From: Phoronis australis
Lineage: Eukaryota; Animalia; Phoronida
Reading direction: 5' to 3'
Assembly: GCA_002633005.1 (NCBI GenBank)
Contig: NMRA01000111.1
Location: 276,866 to 340,865 of the forward strand
DNA: 64,000 nt
The translations under genes and the position numbers were made by a program. The notes beneath the pieces were generated by a model. That model saw only the letters and a program-made list of their open reading frames with translations. It had not been told where the DNA came from and ran no database searches. Position 1 is the stretch's first letter. Each line of letters starts with the position of its first letter. Positions 37,791 to 51,242 of the stretch are shown here, one piece after another.

Positions 37791-39450
37791 TTTCAAAAAT
37801 CATATTTAAATTTGTATGTTTTGATTTTGTGGGGCAAAAACGGCTGTTTTGCAGGTTTTCACTGAAACCATTTTTGGCCAAATTTGGCACTCTGTAGCAG
37901 CCATATTGCACAAAAAACAGACTTAATAATAAATTATTTAGTCAGTCCTAACGTCTTCATAATCTAAAATAAAAAATCTTGCCTCTCTCGTAGTTTTGGC
38001 TTGCGAAGCATTACACGAACTGCACGTCCTCCTATTTGCCTGTTCTCAGTTGTCTCAACAACCAATAGGGGACCTCTTGCAACGTGCAATTAGCTTCACT
38101 AAGTTACAAAAAATAACTGCAAGCAAATGCTGTAATTTATTTCTATACGATTTTGACGCTTCAAAAACAAAACTGTAAATTGATACAGGCCGTAATGTAA
38201 AGACAGAAAGAAAGTAAACAAAAAAGGCGGAAGTACCAACAAATAATAAACCACTGCACGCTCGAATGATCCATGCTATTGTTACCGATACATAAATATC
38301 CCATGACATAAAGCCACCAACGGCGGCTCAAAGGAAAACCAACAAAGTGACGGTAACCGTCCAACATAAGAGCGCAGAAATAGCGAAGTTTGAAATACTA
38401 AACAGAATTTATTTATTGAGTTATAGTGGACATTCCTCAAATGAACTTTAAAAATGCTCTATTTTTAAAAGTGTTCTTCAATTTCTATTCATCATATACC
38501 CTTGCAAAGCGGTAAAGCCATCCTTGACGTCAGCATAATATGGGACTCGTTTACCTAAAATCAAAGCAGAGTGGCTTTATTTAAATACATTATTTGAACA
38601 AACTATAACACTGATTCAAGGTGATATTTTCATCGTTTAAGACTGTCGCAGGCGACGCCGAACTGTATGACATCAAATCATATCAGTTTTCACACCAAAA
38701 CTGGCATTCGTATGAGATTATGAACGGAGATATAGTGCATTCAGGCTGCAAAAACGCTGAAGAATATAGAAATCATATGAAGGCTGGGTGTCGACCAGAC
38801 AGATTTTTACAAGTTCAAAGTGCCTGCACTTGCATTATCTGCTAAATTTCAAGTTCACTCTAGCAAGCAGTCAGCAAAATGTGAGTCAATGGACCAACGC
38901 CTAGCATGCTTTCTATCAAAACAGACTCGAAAATCGAGCAATAGGTATTCATAGCCAAAAGACGTAGCCCAAAATTCTAAATTTCCAGGCAGTCCAGCCG
39001 GCGCCATTTTATATTGGAATTTAGGGGAGGTAAATTCAGCCGGGGCCACCTTAAAGTCAGTCAAGCTTCAGATCTTAAATTTAGCAAGCACGAGTTGTTG
39101 CTCTAGTTCAAAAACGCGAAGGCAAGAAGGTATGCATGAAGATTAAAATAATTTATTATCGAATGAATTCCAAGAAAAACGACGAAGAAGTCATTTAAGG
39201 CCACTTTCCATAACAAATCATATTGACAAACAACTTTGCCTACAGACGCCTTTTTAATTTCCTGTTTTAAAATGTTGAACTTTTGATCTAATTTTCTAAA
39301 AAAAACTCCTGTCAGGCCCATTCCTTCAGAGTGTGTGTGTTAAGTGAGTGAATGGGAATGTACAGAGCACACCTGCGACGAGGTAGGTGAACCCAATGAC
39401 ACGCGTCAGCTAGACGACACTCATTTCACTGTGACCAAGACCAAGGTACA

Positions 39451-39691
39451 GGAGGCAGTGTGGCCTTGTGTGATAAGTGCCCGCTTTCTTTACTTGAGGC
39501 CGTGGGTTCGAGTTCCACTGGGCCAAACTGCAAAACCCTTGAGTCCGGTTTCTAGCTCCTCAGCTTGGTTTTGACTATATATTAATAAAGCATGAAATTG
39601 GTCCCAGGTGGTCAGTGCAATTGGCCCACATGCGCGGCTTGTGCACATCTGCTACAATGTGTTTCAGACCGCCTGCAATTATTTAAAAAAA
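39451..39691 (+). mobile_element. tRNA-derived SINE, apparently full length (about 240 bp)
   Basis: A-box-like TGGCCTTGTGTGATA, B-box GGTTCGAGTTCC, A/T-rich tail; three copies in the window. Confidence 0.75.
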
Positions 39692-40502
39692 CACGGTAGG
39701 TTGAAATTGGCCCTTTCCAATTTATCATTACTAGAAGTTCTTTTTCCTTTTAGTCTAAGATAAGCACAACAGGGACAATATTAATAAAAAATCTTACAAC
39801 CAGCGCAGCTTCTGAAAACTTCATGACTCAGAAGTACAACAAAATTAGACCTCACATTTCACTCCTGCATAAAGAGCATCGTGAGACAAAAGGAGAAAAA
39901 GAATTGAAAGCAAAAAGTCATCACGTTGTAACAACCTTGAACTGAAGGTTTAGTTCATTGGCTATTTCTAAAGATGTATACTCTCATTAAATTATGAATA
40001 TGCAAATGAAGTACTAATTTATAAACATCCCGGGTTCTCCAGTGTGCCGGAAACTATCCGAGAACCAGTTACTATTACAATCCCGAGAAAGTCTCGTCTT
40101 GTGACACTATTTTTATGAAAATGAATGTGGTAATATTTCATCATAGCGGACGAACACTCGATGCCAGCCACCGACGACTGTAGTCTGGCTACTCGGCCGA
40201 CACTCATCACGGTGACCACAACGAAAGCTTTCGTTCTGTAAATTCATTTTGTTGTCACCTTGGACAATATTCAACATCATAGGCCTACCATTTTGCGTCT
40301 CTGGTAGTGCAAATTTTGTACACACTTTTCGTCCACATTTCTTAGGACGACATGGGAATCTCTGGGAAACCCCCACAGTATTTTCATTACCCTAATGAAA
40401 CAAGGCAAAGTTTTTAATATTTTTTATTTTACTATCACAAAACGATAGCGCAATATTTGGAATTACTTTGTTTTTATATATGTTCAGATTCGTTCAAAAG
40501 TG

Positions 40503-40775
40503 TATAACAGCTTATTATTTAAAATGACTTATTCTTATTAAAATGACATAGGCAAAAAATTGAATTTCGGACCTCAAAAGCGAGGCTGCCTATATTAATA
40601 TGGAGCGCCCCGCTCTCTGACCCCTTTCGGCGAGGCCCCTATATTAATATAGAAGGCCTCGCTTTTGAGGCCCTCTATATTAATATAGGCGGCCTCGCTT
40701 TTGAGGCCTGAAACTCAATTTTTTGTCTATGTCATTTTAATAAGAATAAGTCATTTTAAATAATAAGCTGTTGTA
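40503..40775. repeat. Foldback-like long inverted repeat with internal modular repeats
   Basis: Arms of about 95 bp (AACAGCTTATTATTTAAAATGACTTATTCTTATTAAAATGACATAG and its reverse complement); internal repeats of CTATATTAATAT and GGCCTCGCTTTTGAGGCC. Confidence 0.85.
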
Positions 40776-43320
40776 TCGGTTGTGTTTTTTGTTGTTTAAA
40801 AACCTCAATTTATTTACAAATTGCTTATTTTCTTGATTATACTTGAACACACAGTTCTCCAGGAAGTCCCTTGCTACAAATATAAAAATTCACGATTTTA
40901 ATGAGACAGCGCATCTTCAGCTTGTTTATGCATATGTCTTCCTAAACATGCATACCTTATCAGATGATTGCTGTTGAACATTTTCTCTCATTTTTCGCAG
41001 TCGTCACCAATCCCCCCTATGCGGTTGAAATTCCAAGTCGCTCTGGTAGTTACTATATCTCAAAATTGTCATCGATCATATTTGGACCAAGCAGACCGCA
41101 TGAACTCGTAAAGTCCCAGCTACTCGTTAGAGCGAACATCCACAGCCACTGTGGGATAACACCCGGTGTACCCAATTCAGTTACTATTGGCATGATGAGT
41201 GCTAGTGACCACAGTCACGAATGGCAATTTACCGACGGTGTTCACACTAGTCTTTTAATATGTTTCGTGTTTGTTCAATGCCATAAAATGTGATGTCAAT
41301 GGCTTTTACCCCTGCGCAATTAACGAAGCAAACATTCTTTGCCACGATGTAAAGCTAAAACGCAATCTCTATGTACTGTTTTGATATACTGACAGTATTT
41401 GAAAAACAGAAACCAGATGCGATTTGTACTTCCGAATTCAGTGAATTTTAGAATGTGGGCACTGCAGTTACAAACGAATAAACAAATATTATGCACAGTT
41501 AATAATTAGTGTTGATCAACTGGTTTAATTTAGGGAGATGTGCCGTCTTTGACCTGGTTTTGACGTACGTCTGAAATAGCAGACTTCAAATCTGTCAAAT
41601 TTCAAAATTTCGGGAGTGCGAATCGTGAACCAAAATCCTCACACTCCACTTGGAAACAAACCTGAGTTACAAGCTGAGCTCACTTGCACACGTGAATAGT
41701 TGTCCATCTGGGCCTTTGTCCCATGATGCTGACAACAATTTTGCAAGACATAACATAATGACAAGAGCAGTTTTCTATAGAAAGTAACAAAACACAAGGT
41801 TTAGTTTTTACAGCAGCTGGTATTGAAAGAGAAACAAACTTACAGGCAGGTTAGCAGTACCCACAATACTTGGCACAGTTGTACCTTCCCCAAGGCTCGT
41901 ATCGACCGACACAGGCGGCTCGAGTGAATATGTGGCAGTCAGTGCGCTTATTCTCACAGCCTGTAAAATATTTCACTGAAAGCTACATTTCGCCCTGTTT
42001 AGCTAGCGAAAAACTAAAATATCTAATTACACATTTTACTTTCATTAAACCTGTCTCAAACTATTCATCCACGCACGATAGGGCTCCATTTCCTTTACCA
42101 ACAAGAACCCCAGAGCCATCTGCAGGTCGAAAAGCACGTCAAATTTTCAGCTAGGTGGTTGTTTTACGTTTCCGAGAACATGCCTTAAAAGTAACAGCTG
42201 ATCAAATATTGTTGCTACATCGTGCTGTACTAACAATCGTACGGTACTTGAAAAATAACTCCTGTAATACCTAGAGGGCAGCAACAGCACAGAATGTCTG
42301 ACTTAAACCTCAATGTTGCATTTCACCCGTTAAGCAGTCAATGTTGGATTCTGAAACGGTCCGATTTGGTATTAAACATCCCCTCACTCATCTTATTTTG
42401 AATTACTCTCGAATGAACCTGCAACTCAAGTCAAAGTCAATGCGAAATTTCATTTTCGAATTCGCCCTTTTAGACTTGGCCAACCTAGTAAAGCATTTTA
42501 TTTACTTGCTGATTGTCTCGACTGTTTTGTTGGTAACGGAAATATAATCCTATCATGGTAGGAATATTATAGGAACGACTTTATGTGGGTAAATGTCCCT
42601 TATTATTCGATTTTTGATTTCAGCAAAACAAAGGAAATGTAAATTAAAATCGCACAATTGAAATTGGTGGTTTGGAATTAAAAACATTTTTCTGGCCCTG
42701 TGCATGTCATTTTAAAACATCAAAAGCTGACTTACGAGTGCAAGTACAGAATCCACAGTATTTAGCACATATGTACTTGGCCAAAGGTGCGAAGTCGACA
42801 CACACGGACTTAGTGTACAGAGCGCAGTTGTCCAGCTTGTCTTCACATACTACATAGAAGAATAACATCGTAAACTTTAGCATATTTACTGTCGTGTAAC
42901 TTTAGGGGTGTATCGCGGGTGCCATAAATGTGCAAAACTCTTGTCACCTCTACTACTATTCCCTTGATTCAGGCAGCGGAGCTCGTACCTGTCCGTCTCC
43001 AATTGTCCTAAGGTCAAGATTCGTTTTGTTACGGTCCAGTTTGGGGGAAAGTTGATTCTATTTCGGCCATGCTTTGAAGATATAATTTGAAAGGTTGAGG
43101 TTCTGGGTTCCTTTATACACTGCCTGTCTCAAAATGTTTTCTTTAAACATGGCCAGGTAGCCCAGTTTCTAGTGACTGGGGACATATCATACTCAAGGTT
43201 CTCAAACTTAACACCCCCAGAGTTTAAATTCAGTTTCCGTGAATCCGATACTGCGCCCACGCGTATTGTAAGGTTACGTACACCATAGTCTCCTGCACAG
43301 ACCTTCTAGATTGGTTACAC

Positions 43321-43589
43321 CATAGACTATAGTGCATGGACCTCCAACTCTGTAAATTTTCAATGGTCGAAATCTGTGACGTCACTATTTACAAGCACAA
43401 GCGACACCTGACAGACATAACACACTTTACTTCCGGCAAGTACGCCGTCTGCCATACGGGACACTAAAGTGCAAGCATTCTCCGTCACAATACACTAACC
43501 AGAAGCTGCGTCATGTTTAGAGGGTGGCGCCTCCTCTAGGATATTTCGCAAGAAAATGTCGGAGTTGCGAATCTTGTCTATAATCTATG
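43321..43589. mobile_element. P-superfamily-like MITE with 7-bp TSD
   Basis: TIRs CATAGACTATAG / CTATAATCTATG; GTTACAC at 43314-43320 and 43590-43596. CATAG termini with 7-8 bp TSDs are characteristic of P-type elements. Confidence 0.75.
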
Positions 43590-46500
43590 GTTACACCTTG
43601 TTTTGAGAGTGAGTTTATGAACAGTCACGTGCTCTGCATGCACGTGCAAGGCAAGCAAGTCAGTTTTGGAGAATGAAAAGTTAGCCCGCACGCATTGAAT
43701 ACGTCGAGCGCAATACGGCCATGCAGGGTGGGGGAGACGTGCCCCCAAAAGTTTGCAGGCATCTAGGTTAAACCGTAACAGCCGTGATAGGACCGTGGAC
43801 AGTCGAGGATAGAAAAACTCCGAATACGGATAACAGAAAATGCAAGAGAATATTTAGCATGGTTTTCCCTTTGAGTGCCCTGGCCAGGACATTGTTGTTA
43901 GGGTCTCTGTCATTGCATAGAGGGCCCAATGTTGAAATCAATTTTCTCTTTTTCCTTTTTTGTGAAATCGTACAACCAGCTTTCATGTTGAGGAAGAGCA
44001 CTTTTTGCAGGTCACGCGACGATGAAATGAATTGTCAGCTCTTTTTCAAGCTTAATGATTTTAACCTTTCATCTTAAGGTGTCCCATTTCAGACGGGACC
44101 CTCTTTCGGTGGAGCGGTTTGAGGGAATTGTCCCTTAGTCTCTCTATACATGTAATAAATCGGACACTGCCAAGTATTCACAAGGGGACAGATGAGATTC
44201 CAAATTCATCAAAAACACGAGAGTCGTGCACAGCACAGCAGTATCAAGACATTCGACTCAAACAACAAAAAATGTGAAATTTACAATAGGATTGACCGCC
44301 ATCGAAAAGGTGGAATTTTAAAGAACGTGAATCCCACTATTTGAGAATTACACAAAAGAACTATTTCCGATGGTTAGTTATATTAAATGTTTTCCTTAGT
44401 ATCACAAGAACAGTATTTCTTTTGAAGACCGTTACTACTGTAGGAGTTGTTTTTAATGAATTTGCAGGAAATAGAGAGAACTCGCCGAATGAAAACCTTG
44501 GACTCCTTGACGAAAAGCCCGACTATACGTGCAGTCTTTAAAAGACATCAATTAACTTTGTCCCTTTCAAAGACATGTAGGACTGGCCATGTACTAATGT
44601 TGAGCTTATCATTACAATAAACACTGATTTTTGGTTCGATTGAGAAGGATTTTCACAACAAAGTAAAGGCTACACGTGCTAACAGTGGTAATATTACAGT
44701 GGCGGATCTAGGATATCACAAGGGGGGGCAGCATTTGCGCAAACTGAACCACGATTGTAGATGCGCATAGCACCGAATGGGGGGAGGTCGAGAGGGGGGT
44801 TTGCCCCCCCCTCCCGCCCAGGAAATTTTTCTGTTTTTACCTCTAAAATCAAGCATTTTCCGTGATTCCTGAAGTATTATCCAAGAAAAAAGGCAAGAAA
44901 AAACGGAGAACGTGTCAAACAGGAAAAACTGCAAGTACCAAAGACTCGAACTTACGACCTGGCGGATAAAGCGCGCGTGCGTTACCACTACACCACCACA
45001 ATTTAGCTACTAAACTCATACTAGGAGACCTACTTGTTTATGGTCCACAGCGTTTGCGCGCGAAACCTACTTCTTTTTGTAATGCTTATTACACGTTTTA
45101 TATTTTGTGCCATCAATTCTTAACAAATTTGTCGTATTTAAAATAGTCTTCAAATGCCCAAAAGACCAAATCCGTTTTTCGTGTTGGCAATAATGACGGG
45201 ATTGCATTGGGAATCGTCTTAGGATAAGGTTTGACAAAGAGAGTATTGCGAGTTTCTGAGTGATTCACTAAGGCTTCGATCAAAATTCACATCTTACCAG
45301 CAGCTTCTGTTTTTTCATCGATACTCAGGTTCCATTTTCTTTAAAAAATGAAGTAAATTTTCTTCATTGCACAGTGGAGCTGACGACGGAAACGGAGTCG
45401 TAGTGCGCAGCGCCACGGCCGGTCGCCTGGGATATCGCGGGAGAGCCGATACTTAGCCATAGTTACGTCACGAATGCGCCGTGTTCCGAATTTGACACTT
45501 GAAACTGGATTTGAGCCCCCCCAACACTAAAACTGCACACATTTAAATCTTTTTTCATCCGTATAATTTTAATTACCAGGGTTAATTAATAAACTCAACA
45601 TTTGCCTACGCTCTTACTGTTTAATTTTTGCTTTGAGCAGCCAAATAGGCTTTTTTGGACATATGAGGGAAAACACAACACGACTAAATACAACATGAGT
45701 GGATCGATAAATGGAAGAAAATACGTCAACTTTGGTCGTTGAGAAAAGGCCAACACGTAAGTGCAACCTTAATAGAAAACCGTATCAAGAAAAAATCTGA
45801 TTCTACCGTAAGATGTCGCTGCAACTAAATCTATCGTGATACAGAGTGCGAAAGGGCAAAATCATTGGCGTGTTTCATTTTCGAGTGAGCAAGACGTGGG
45901 GGTCAGTCTTCAAGACAAAGTGAAGGAAATTTTTTTAAAAGTCAATCGGGTCTGTACCCGGGTATTTCGTGGCAAAGGCTTTGATTATAGTAGAGGCAAC
46001 ATTCGTGGACGTGGTTGGAGATTCAACCCGTGTCAGCGTCTATATTGACGTTCACAGCCTCAGCAGACCTCTTACAAGAAGTCGTCTTTAGAAAGAGGAG
46101 GCTGAACTGCCCAGGGTACGAATTTTTAGTTCAGGTTATGAGTGTGGTTTTCCAGAAGCTGGTGGTCACGTAGCTGATTATATATTTTAATGATATAGTG
46201 TTATTTCTGGTGTTGATATTTTGTCATGCATCAAAGAAATTCGTTTAGATTTTATGTATAATCCTACAAAGGTTAAGGCAACTGTTCCCGTTTTATGTTC
46301 TCAAGCGAAGACCAAGGCATTGCAGCAGATAAGTTTCGCATAAATGTATAATTTTGGGATCGTTTAAGAGGGTCTGTAACAACAAAATCGCGGCTATGTA
46401 TACTGTTCCTCGTTCGATTAGGACAAAGTGCAATGTTTCTGAGGAGTCGCGTGATGTATGCAAACTTTGCAAAGCAAAGAAAAACAAAAATGTTTGTCGC

Positions 46501-46959
46501 AGAGTGGCATACTTGGTGAAAAATACCCCGGGAAAATGTAATTGTTGTCAGTTGGGTATAATGGTAAATATTCTAACTTACATTTCGTTGTGGTAGTAAG
46601 AGGGATTGTAGCTGAAACATAAGAAGATCAAACCAATAAAAGTGTCCTATATGGGAAACGCCCTAGAGTTTAACAACTATTTATTATATTAACATCTGTT
46701 TTATTGTTTCATATCAAAATAGAAGCTGCGACACGACGATACGAAGTATCCTGATCAATACTCAGTGTGCAAGGCCTTTTTAGCAGGTCTCGCGAGAGTG
46801 CTGGCGATAACTCGGATTTTACGAGGCAATGACGATTGTTCGAAGATTTATGCTACGCGTATGACTTCCTGGAGTACTGCAAATGGTAGTCGTACGGTCT
46901 GGGATAACAATGTCAAGACGAATTGAAGCACAGTCATATTGAAAAAATTAACGAATACC

Positions 46960-47290
46960 ACGTGTAAAGGTCTTTTGAGGTGGAGAATGTCCACAAGAGT
47001 TTTAAAATATCAAAGTCGGATCCCGACGGTTTCTCTGTGGAATTCTGAAATATTTTGGGGTTACCTGTCAGTTTTTAATAAGGTTGTTTAATGGGAATTT
47101 TCGACACGGGGCTTTACCAAGTATTTAACACCAGGAGAGTCATTTCTGTCCTCCCCAAGGGCAATAAACCAAAAGAAAATTTGGGCAACTGGAGACCCCT
47201 GCTTCCTTAATAAAATTTCAAAATATTATCGGGCTGTTTCGCTCAACGTTTGAAGAATGTAATAGAATTTTCTTTACGTGAAAATTTATC
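46960..47290 (+). mobile_element. Decayed L1/Tx1-like reverse transcriptase fragment
   Basis: Frameshifted remnants PDGFSVEF, YFWGYL, VISVLPKG, NKPKENLGNWRP, ILSGCFAQRLKNVI. Confidence 0.7.
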
Positions 47291-47779
47291 CCAAAACGCA
47301 GTTAGAGATTTTTGGTTACTCATCTACTTTTATTTCTATGCCAAATTAACTCGAAAATGTAATGTATATATATAAAATATAACAGTCGTATTCGTCTATC
47401 TTACGGTACGCAAAAACGAGAAGTTTAAATGAAAAATCCTAACAGCGTTGTTGAGGTTGATAAATATATACTAAATTTTCAAGAACTCGCATTACTGAGT
47501 TGAAATTAAGTAGATTTGCCAAAGCCGAGAAAAAACCGGAAAACGTAGCGAGTCTTCAAAATCTAAAGGTTATCGTTTCATTATTCAGTGAAAATTTGTT
47601 TTTGGTGAACATAACATATACATGCATTAAACATGTTCGCTATTTCAACATTCACTCTGAACTGGCAGTGCTTAATTCTCACTAAAAGATTTTAATTTTC
47701 CTGTCTTGTAATCGAGTCAAGTGAGATCAAGGCGGGGTCTAACTTAAAAGTATTACACTTCACCCCACTTATTGTGTCA

Positions 47780-48580
47780 ACAGCGTACATGGCAAGAGAA
47801 GAGTCAGCAACCCTTATGGTGCTGAGGGAACTAATGTCTCAAACAAAATTACACATATTATTGGAGCTGATAGTACTGCACATCAAGTCTTATCGAGTTC
47901 CTCTGACATTAATGACAGAGGCTAAAAATTTCTCAACTTTCTAGCAAGTACTCACTTAGAGTCGTGTAATGTGGGTAATAAACAAAATTTCAGATCCGAA
48001 GCCAGAATAGAAGTACTTGACTTAACACTTATGTGTTCTTGAGGCTCAGGTTGAAGTGCCGTATAAACCTCAGAATTAAAATGATTAGGAACATCCGGCA
48101 CACGTGTTGGCATAAATGTGACGATGAACTTGAAATAAAAATTAATAAAGGAAACTTTACATTTGATACTTCTTCTATTGAGAAACTTGAAGAATATTCT
48201 AATAAAGTAAACAATATCGTAAAGTGTTCCTTCGAAGCAGCATGTCCTTTAAGAAAACTAAAACATAAAAATACTCGTGAACAGTGGAATTCGGAGCATG
48301 CTGAACTCCAAAGAAAGGCTCGCCATGTTCATCGCAAAGCCATCCACAACAATGATGTTTGGATTGGAAAAAATTAAAACTTACCCAGCCCCTTTTCGAA
48401 AAGGCTATCATGAAACTCAAGGAGAATCATTGAGTCGTTAAACTGAGGATAAATAAAGCCTTACTTCAATTGCTAGACTGGATAAAGCACTCCCCAGAAA
48501 CAAAACAGCACAATTAGGCTGTGTGTAAAAGAAAAAAAAGATAAGCCAAATGACCACGTAACTTTATGGTTAAACGATTG
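47780..48580 (+). mobile_element. Decayed non-LTR retrotransposon endonuclease/linker fragment (LOA/I-group-like)
   Basis: HIIGADSTAHQVLSSSSDINDRG*KFLNFL...NVGNK...IEVLDLTL (APE-type endonuclease C-terminal half), then RNIRHTCW...SFEAACPL...WNSEHAELQRKAR. Confidence 0.7.
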
Positions 48581-49619
48581 CAAGGAAGCTGATGCGGGGA
48601 TGTTCACAAGGAGACATATAATCTCTTTTTTGGAATTGTACCATGAACTCTCTTCTTTTTAAATTACAAAGACTTCGTTAAAGACGCTACTAGACTTTTT
48701 GTTAGCGAGCTTGATACTGGTACGTTCTTAATTTGGGAACAGTCTTCTTTCATCTGTTTTTCAGGCATGAAATATAACATCGAGAGACATAACAAACAAA
48801 AAAAAAACAGTAGCCATATTACTTCATGTCACATCGTCAGGCAATGAGTGGAATGAACATATACATATAGAAATAAACAGTGAAATACACGTGGCAGTGG
48901 GAACAGGGGCATACAGGCACAGAGTGTGAATGCAACACACGGTAGGAAGCCTGCAATCCTATCGAAACAGAGCCGTGTCATACACACCTGTGAGATGTTC
49001 ATTCAACATAGGTTTTTCGTGACTATCAATAGCGATTCCAAAATCTTATGCCGAAATATGTCATTTTCAACATAGCGAATGATGTTATTGTCTACTATTT
49101 CTTGTCTAGTTATTTTTCGGCCATGTTGGTGTACAAAGTGATCTTGAATGGACCTCCCTGCAAGTGGATGGACAACCGTTGCGAGAGAGAGAACACATCG
49201 TGTGTCCAATGTACGATGTTTACGAGAATGAGGACGAAGGCTTAAGGTTTGAGATGTATTGAGCAGATCTCATGAGAATAACATCGAAACACTACCTGAG
49301 GACAACGCTAGTCAAAAGTCAAGAAGAGTTTGTAGCGAGACACCCCGCAAAAGGCATACTTAGAATCCTGTACGTAATAATACGGGCAGACATGTCGTCT
49401 ATCTGTTTACATGAGGGAGTGGAAAGCATGTGTTCGAAAGTGTGTCAGTACAGTTACAAAACAAAATGCTTAAAAGCACAATTTGGGAAGATGACGCAGT
49501 TTGTCTTCAGTTCAGTTTTCATGACAAGAGAAGTTGAGGGTGAAACACATTAATGTAAGCTTAAACTATCTGCATGTAAGAAACTTGAAAAAGGTGTTGG
49601 AAATGACATGTCGCACTGC

Positions 49620-49770
49620 TCCCCTATCACTGCATCACCCCATTTGATTTTCTACCTTAGCTTTGTATTCTTTGAACACTGAGAATACATCACTTTTGTT
49701 AGATACAAAATGCACAGAAGCATATCTTGTATAATCATCAATGAATGCTACAAAAAAACAAGAAAGATGC
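49620..49770 (-). mobile_element. Ty1/Copia integrase-core fragment
   Basis: FFVAFIDDYTRYASVHFVSNKSDVFSVFKEYKAKVENQMG, a classic Copia integrase segment. Confidence 0.85.
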
Positions 49771-49808
49771 GCATACAGAATTTGGCAAGATGATAGAGTT
49801 TGAGTTAC

Positions 49809-49838
49809 CTTCAGTTGTTGAAACAGGAGGAGTTGTGG
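49809..49838 (-). CDS. 30-nt Thr/Pro-rich micro-exon (TTLPVSTTE)
   Basis: Minus strand gtgtttcag|CC ACA ACT CTC CCT GTT TCA ACA ACT GAA G|gtaact; phase 1-1; paralogue of 49988-50017. Confidence 0.55.
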
Positions 49839-49987
49839 CTGAAACACAACAACGTAATGTAAGTAATAAAATGATCTGCATGCAAGAAACTTGAACAGTA
49901 TGTTGAAGGTTACCAACTGTCTGTTACACAAACCTCTATTTTATGGTGGGAGTTGTATCTCAAAATAAAAATCACAGCACGACTTAC

Positions 49988-50017
49988 CTTTAGTTGTCGT
50001 CACACGAGGAGTTGTGG
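49988..50017 (-). CDS. 30-nt Thr/Pro-rich micro-exon (TTPRVTTTK)
   Basis: Minus strand gcgtttcag|CC ACA ACT CCT CGT GTG ACG ACA ACT AAA G|gtaagt; phase 1-1. Confidence 0.6.
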
Positions 50018-51242
50018 CTGAAACGCAACAATATTAGTTAAGTATTAAAAATTTTACAAAAGGTGTTATATGAATGCCACATTATAGTCCATTCGAGACA
50101 AGAGGCACAAAGTAGAATAACAAACATTTATATAAGCACAGTTAAATACAATACAAACGAGTTAATCAATTTTTGTCTATGCACTGTGGCCAAGAAAAAA
50201 GTTTCCCAATGTTTTCAGGAATCTTCATGAAATTGTTGAATTATACTATACGCCTGATAGTATGGCCATGGAATACGGGTTGTTCTATTGTGAGGTTTGA
50301 TATGGAAGAACTACTTTTCCGTATTCAACGCGCATTGAATACGGATGCCTTGTTTCTCGCCAAAATTTCCTCCTGAGCACACAATATACTACCATTGGCA
50401 GAAACATGATTATATATATAGCATCACTTTGGGTTCAGCTCCGTACGCAATATTTTCACATGCAGTACTATGATATGAGTTCTGAAAACTAAAAAAAGTG
50501 AACTAAAAATATTATTGACAATGTTTCTTAATATACCGTGAAATTTTGCACCTGAGTAGAACACTTAAATGACAAAAAGTCTCGAACTTGCCACAATATA
50601 TATGGGATTAGGAAAGCTATATACATTACAAATGCATGCCTCCTTTAGGTCACCTATTGCACTACACCAGTTGAGATTCGTCACGGTCAAATATGAGTCA
50701 GTTTTTGAATTCGTTCTCAAAACAATCAAAATACGTCGAGCCCAAAAGCAAAACTGCAACTTCTGTAAACACTGTATTTTTGTCAATTTTATGATAAATT
50801 TCGGAATACTTTCTACCTAAAAATTATAACAACCGAGCGCAAGGAACATTTTTAAGAAGCGTCTGAACGTGCATCAGCCACATTGTCTAGGTGTCCTGCA
50901 CAGAAATTACTCAACGAAGTAAAAAAATCGTCAGAAACCTAAGCAAACTTTAATTTAGAAATAGATTTAGCTCAAACTCTGAAGAAAATACCGAAAATAG
51001 CAGATATGCTCCCCAAGCCTGTAGCTGCTGTAAAATACAACTTGACTGCTGTGTCATGCAGGCTGCAAAAAATCATTCATAAAAATTTTGCGTGCACGTA
51101 TACGTGTCACGCGATCTGCGATCATCATTGATAAAAGATGACAAACGAAACCAAAACCAGGCATCGTCCTCGTTCAAATACTTTTGCATATCACGAATCC
51201 CGATATAATAACACACTGGTACGAACACGTACTTTGTATAAC

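Noticed and set aside
39451-39525. tRNA gene
   Set aside because: It continues into a shared body and tail present in three copies, so it is a SINE.
44937-45000. tRNA-like sequence on the minus strand (GGTAGTGGTAA...GTTCGAGTC)
   Set aside because: Acceptor and anticodon stems do not pair convincingly; more likely a SINE head than a tRNA gene.
49500-50030. CRISPR-like spaced repeats (AGTTGTGGCTGAAAC)
   Set aside because: Eukaryotic context, irregular spacing and no cas genes; better explained as duplicated micro-exons with their splice acceptors.
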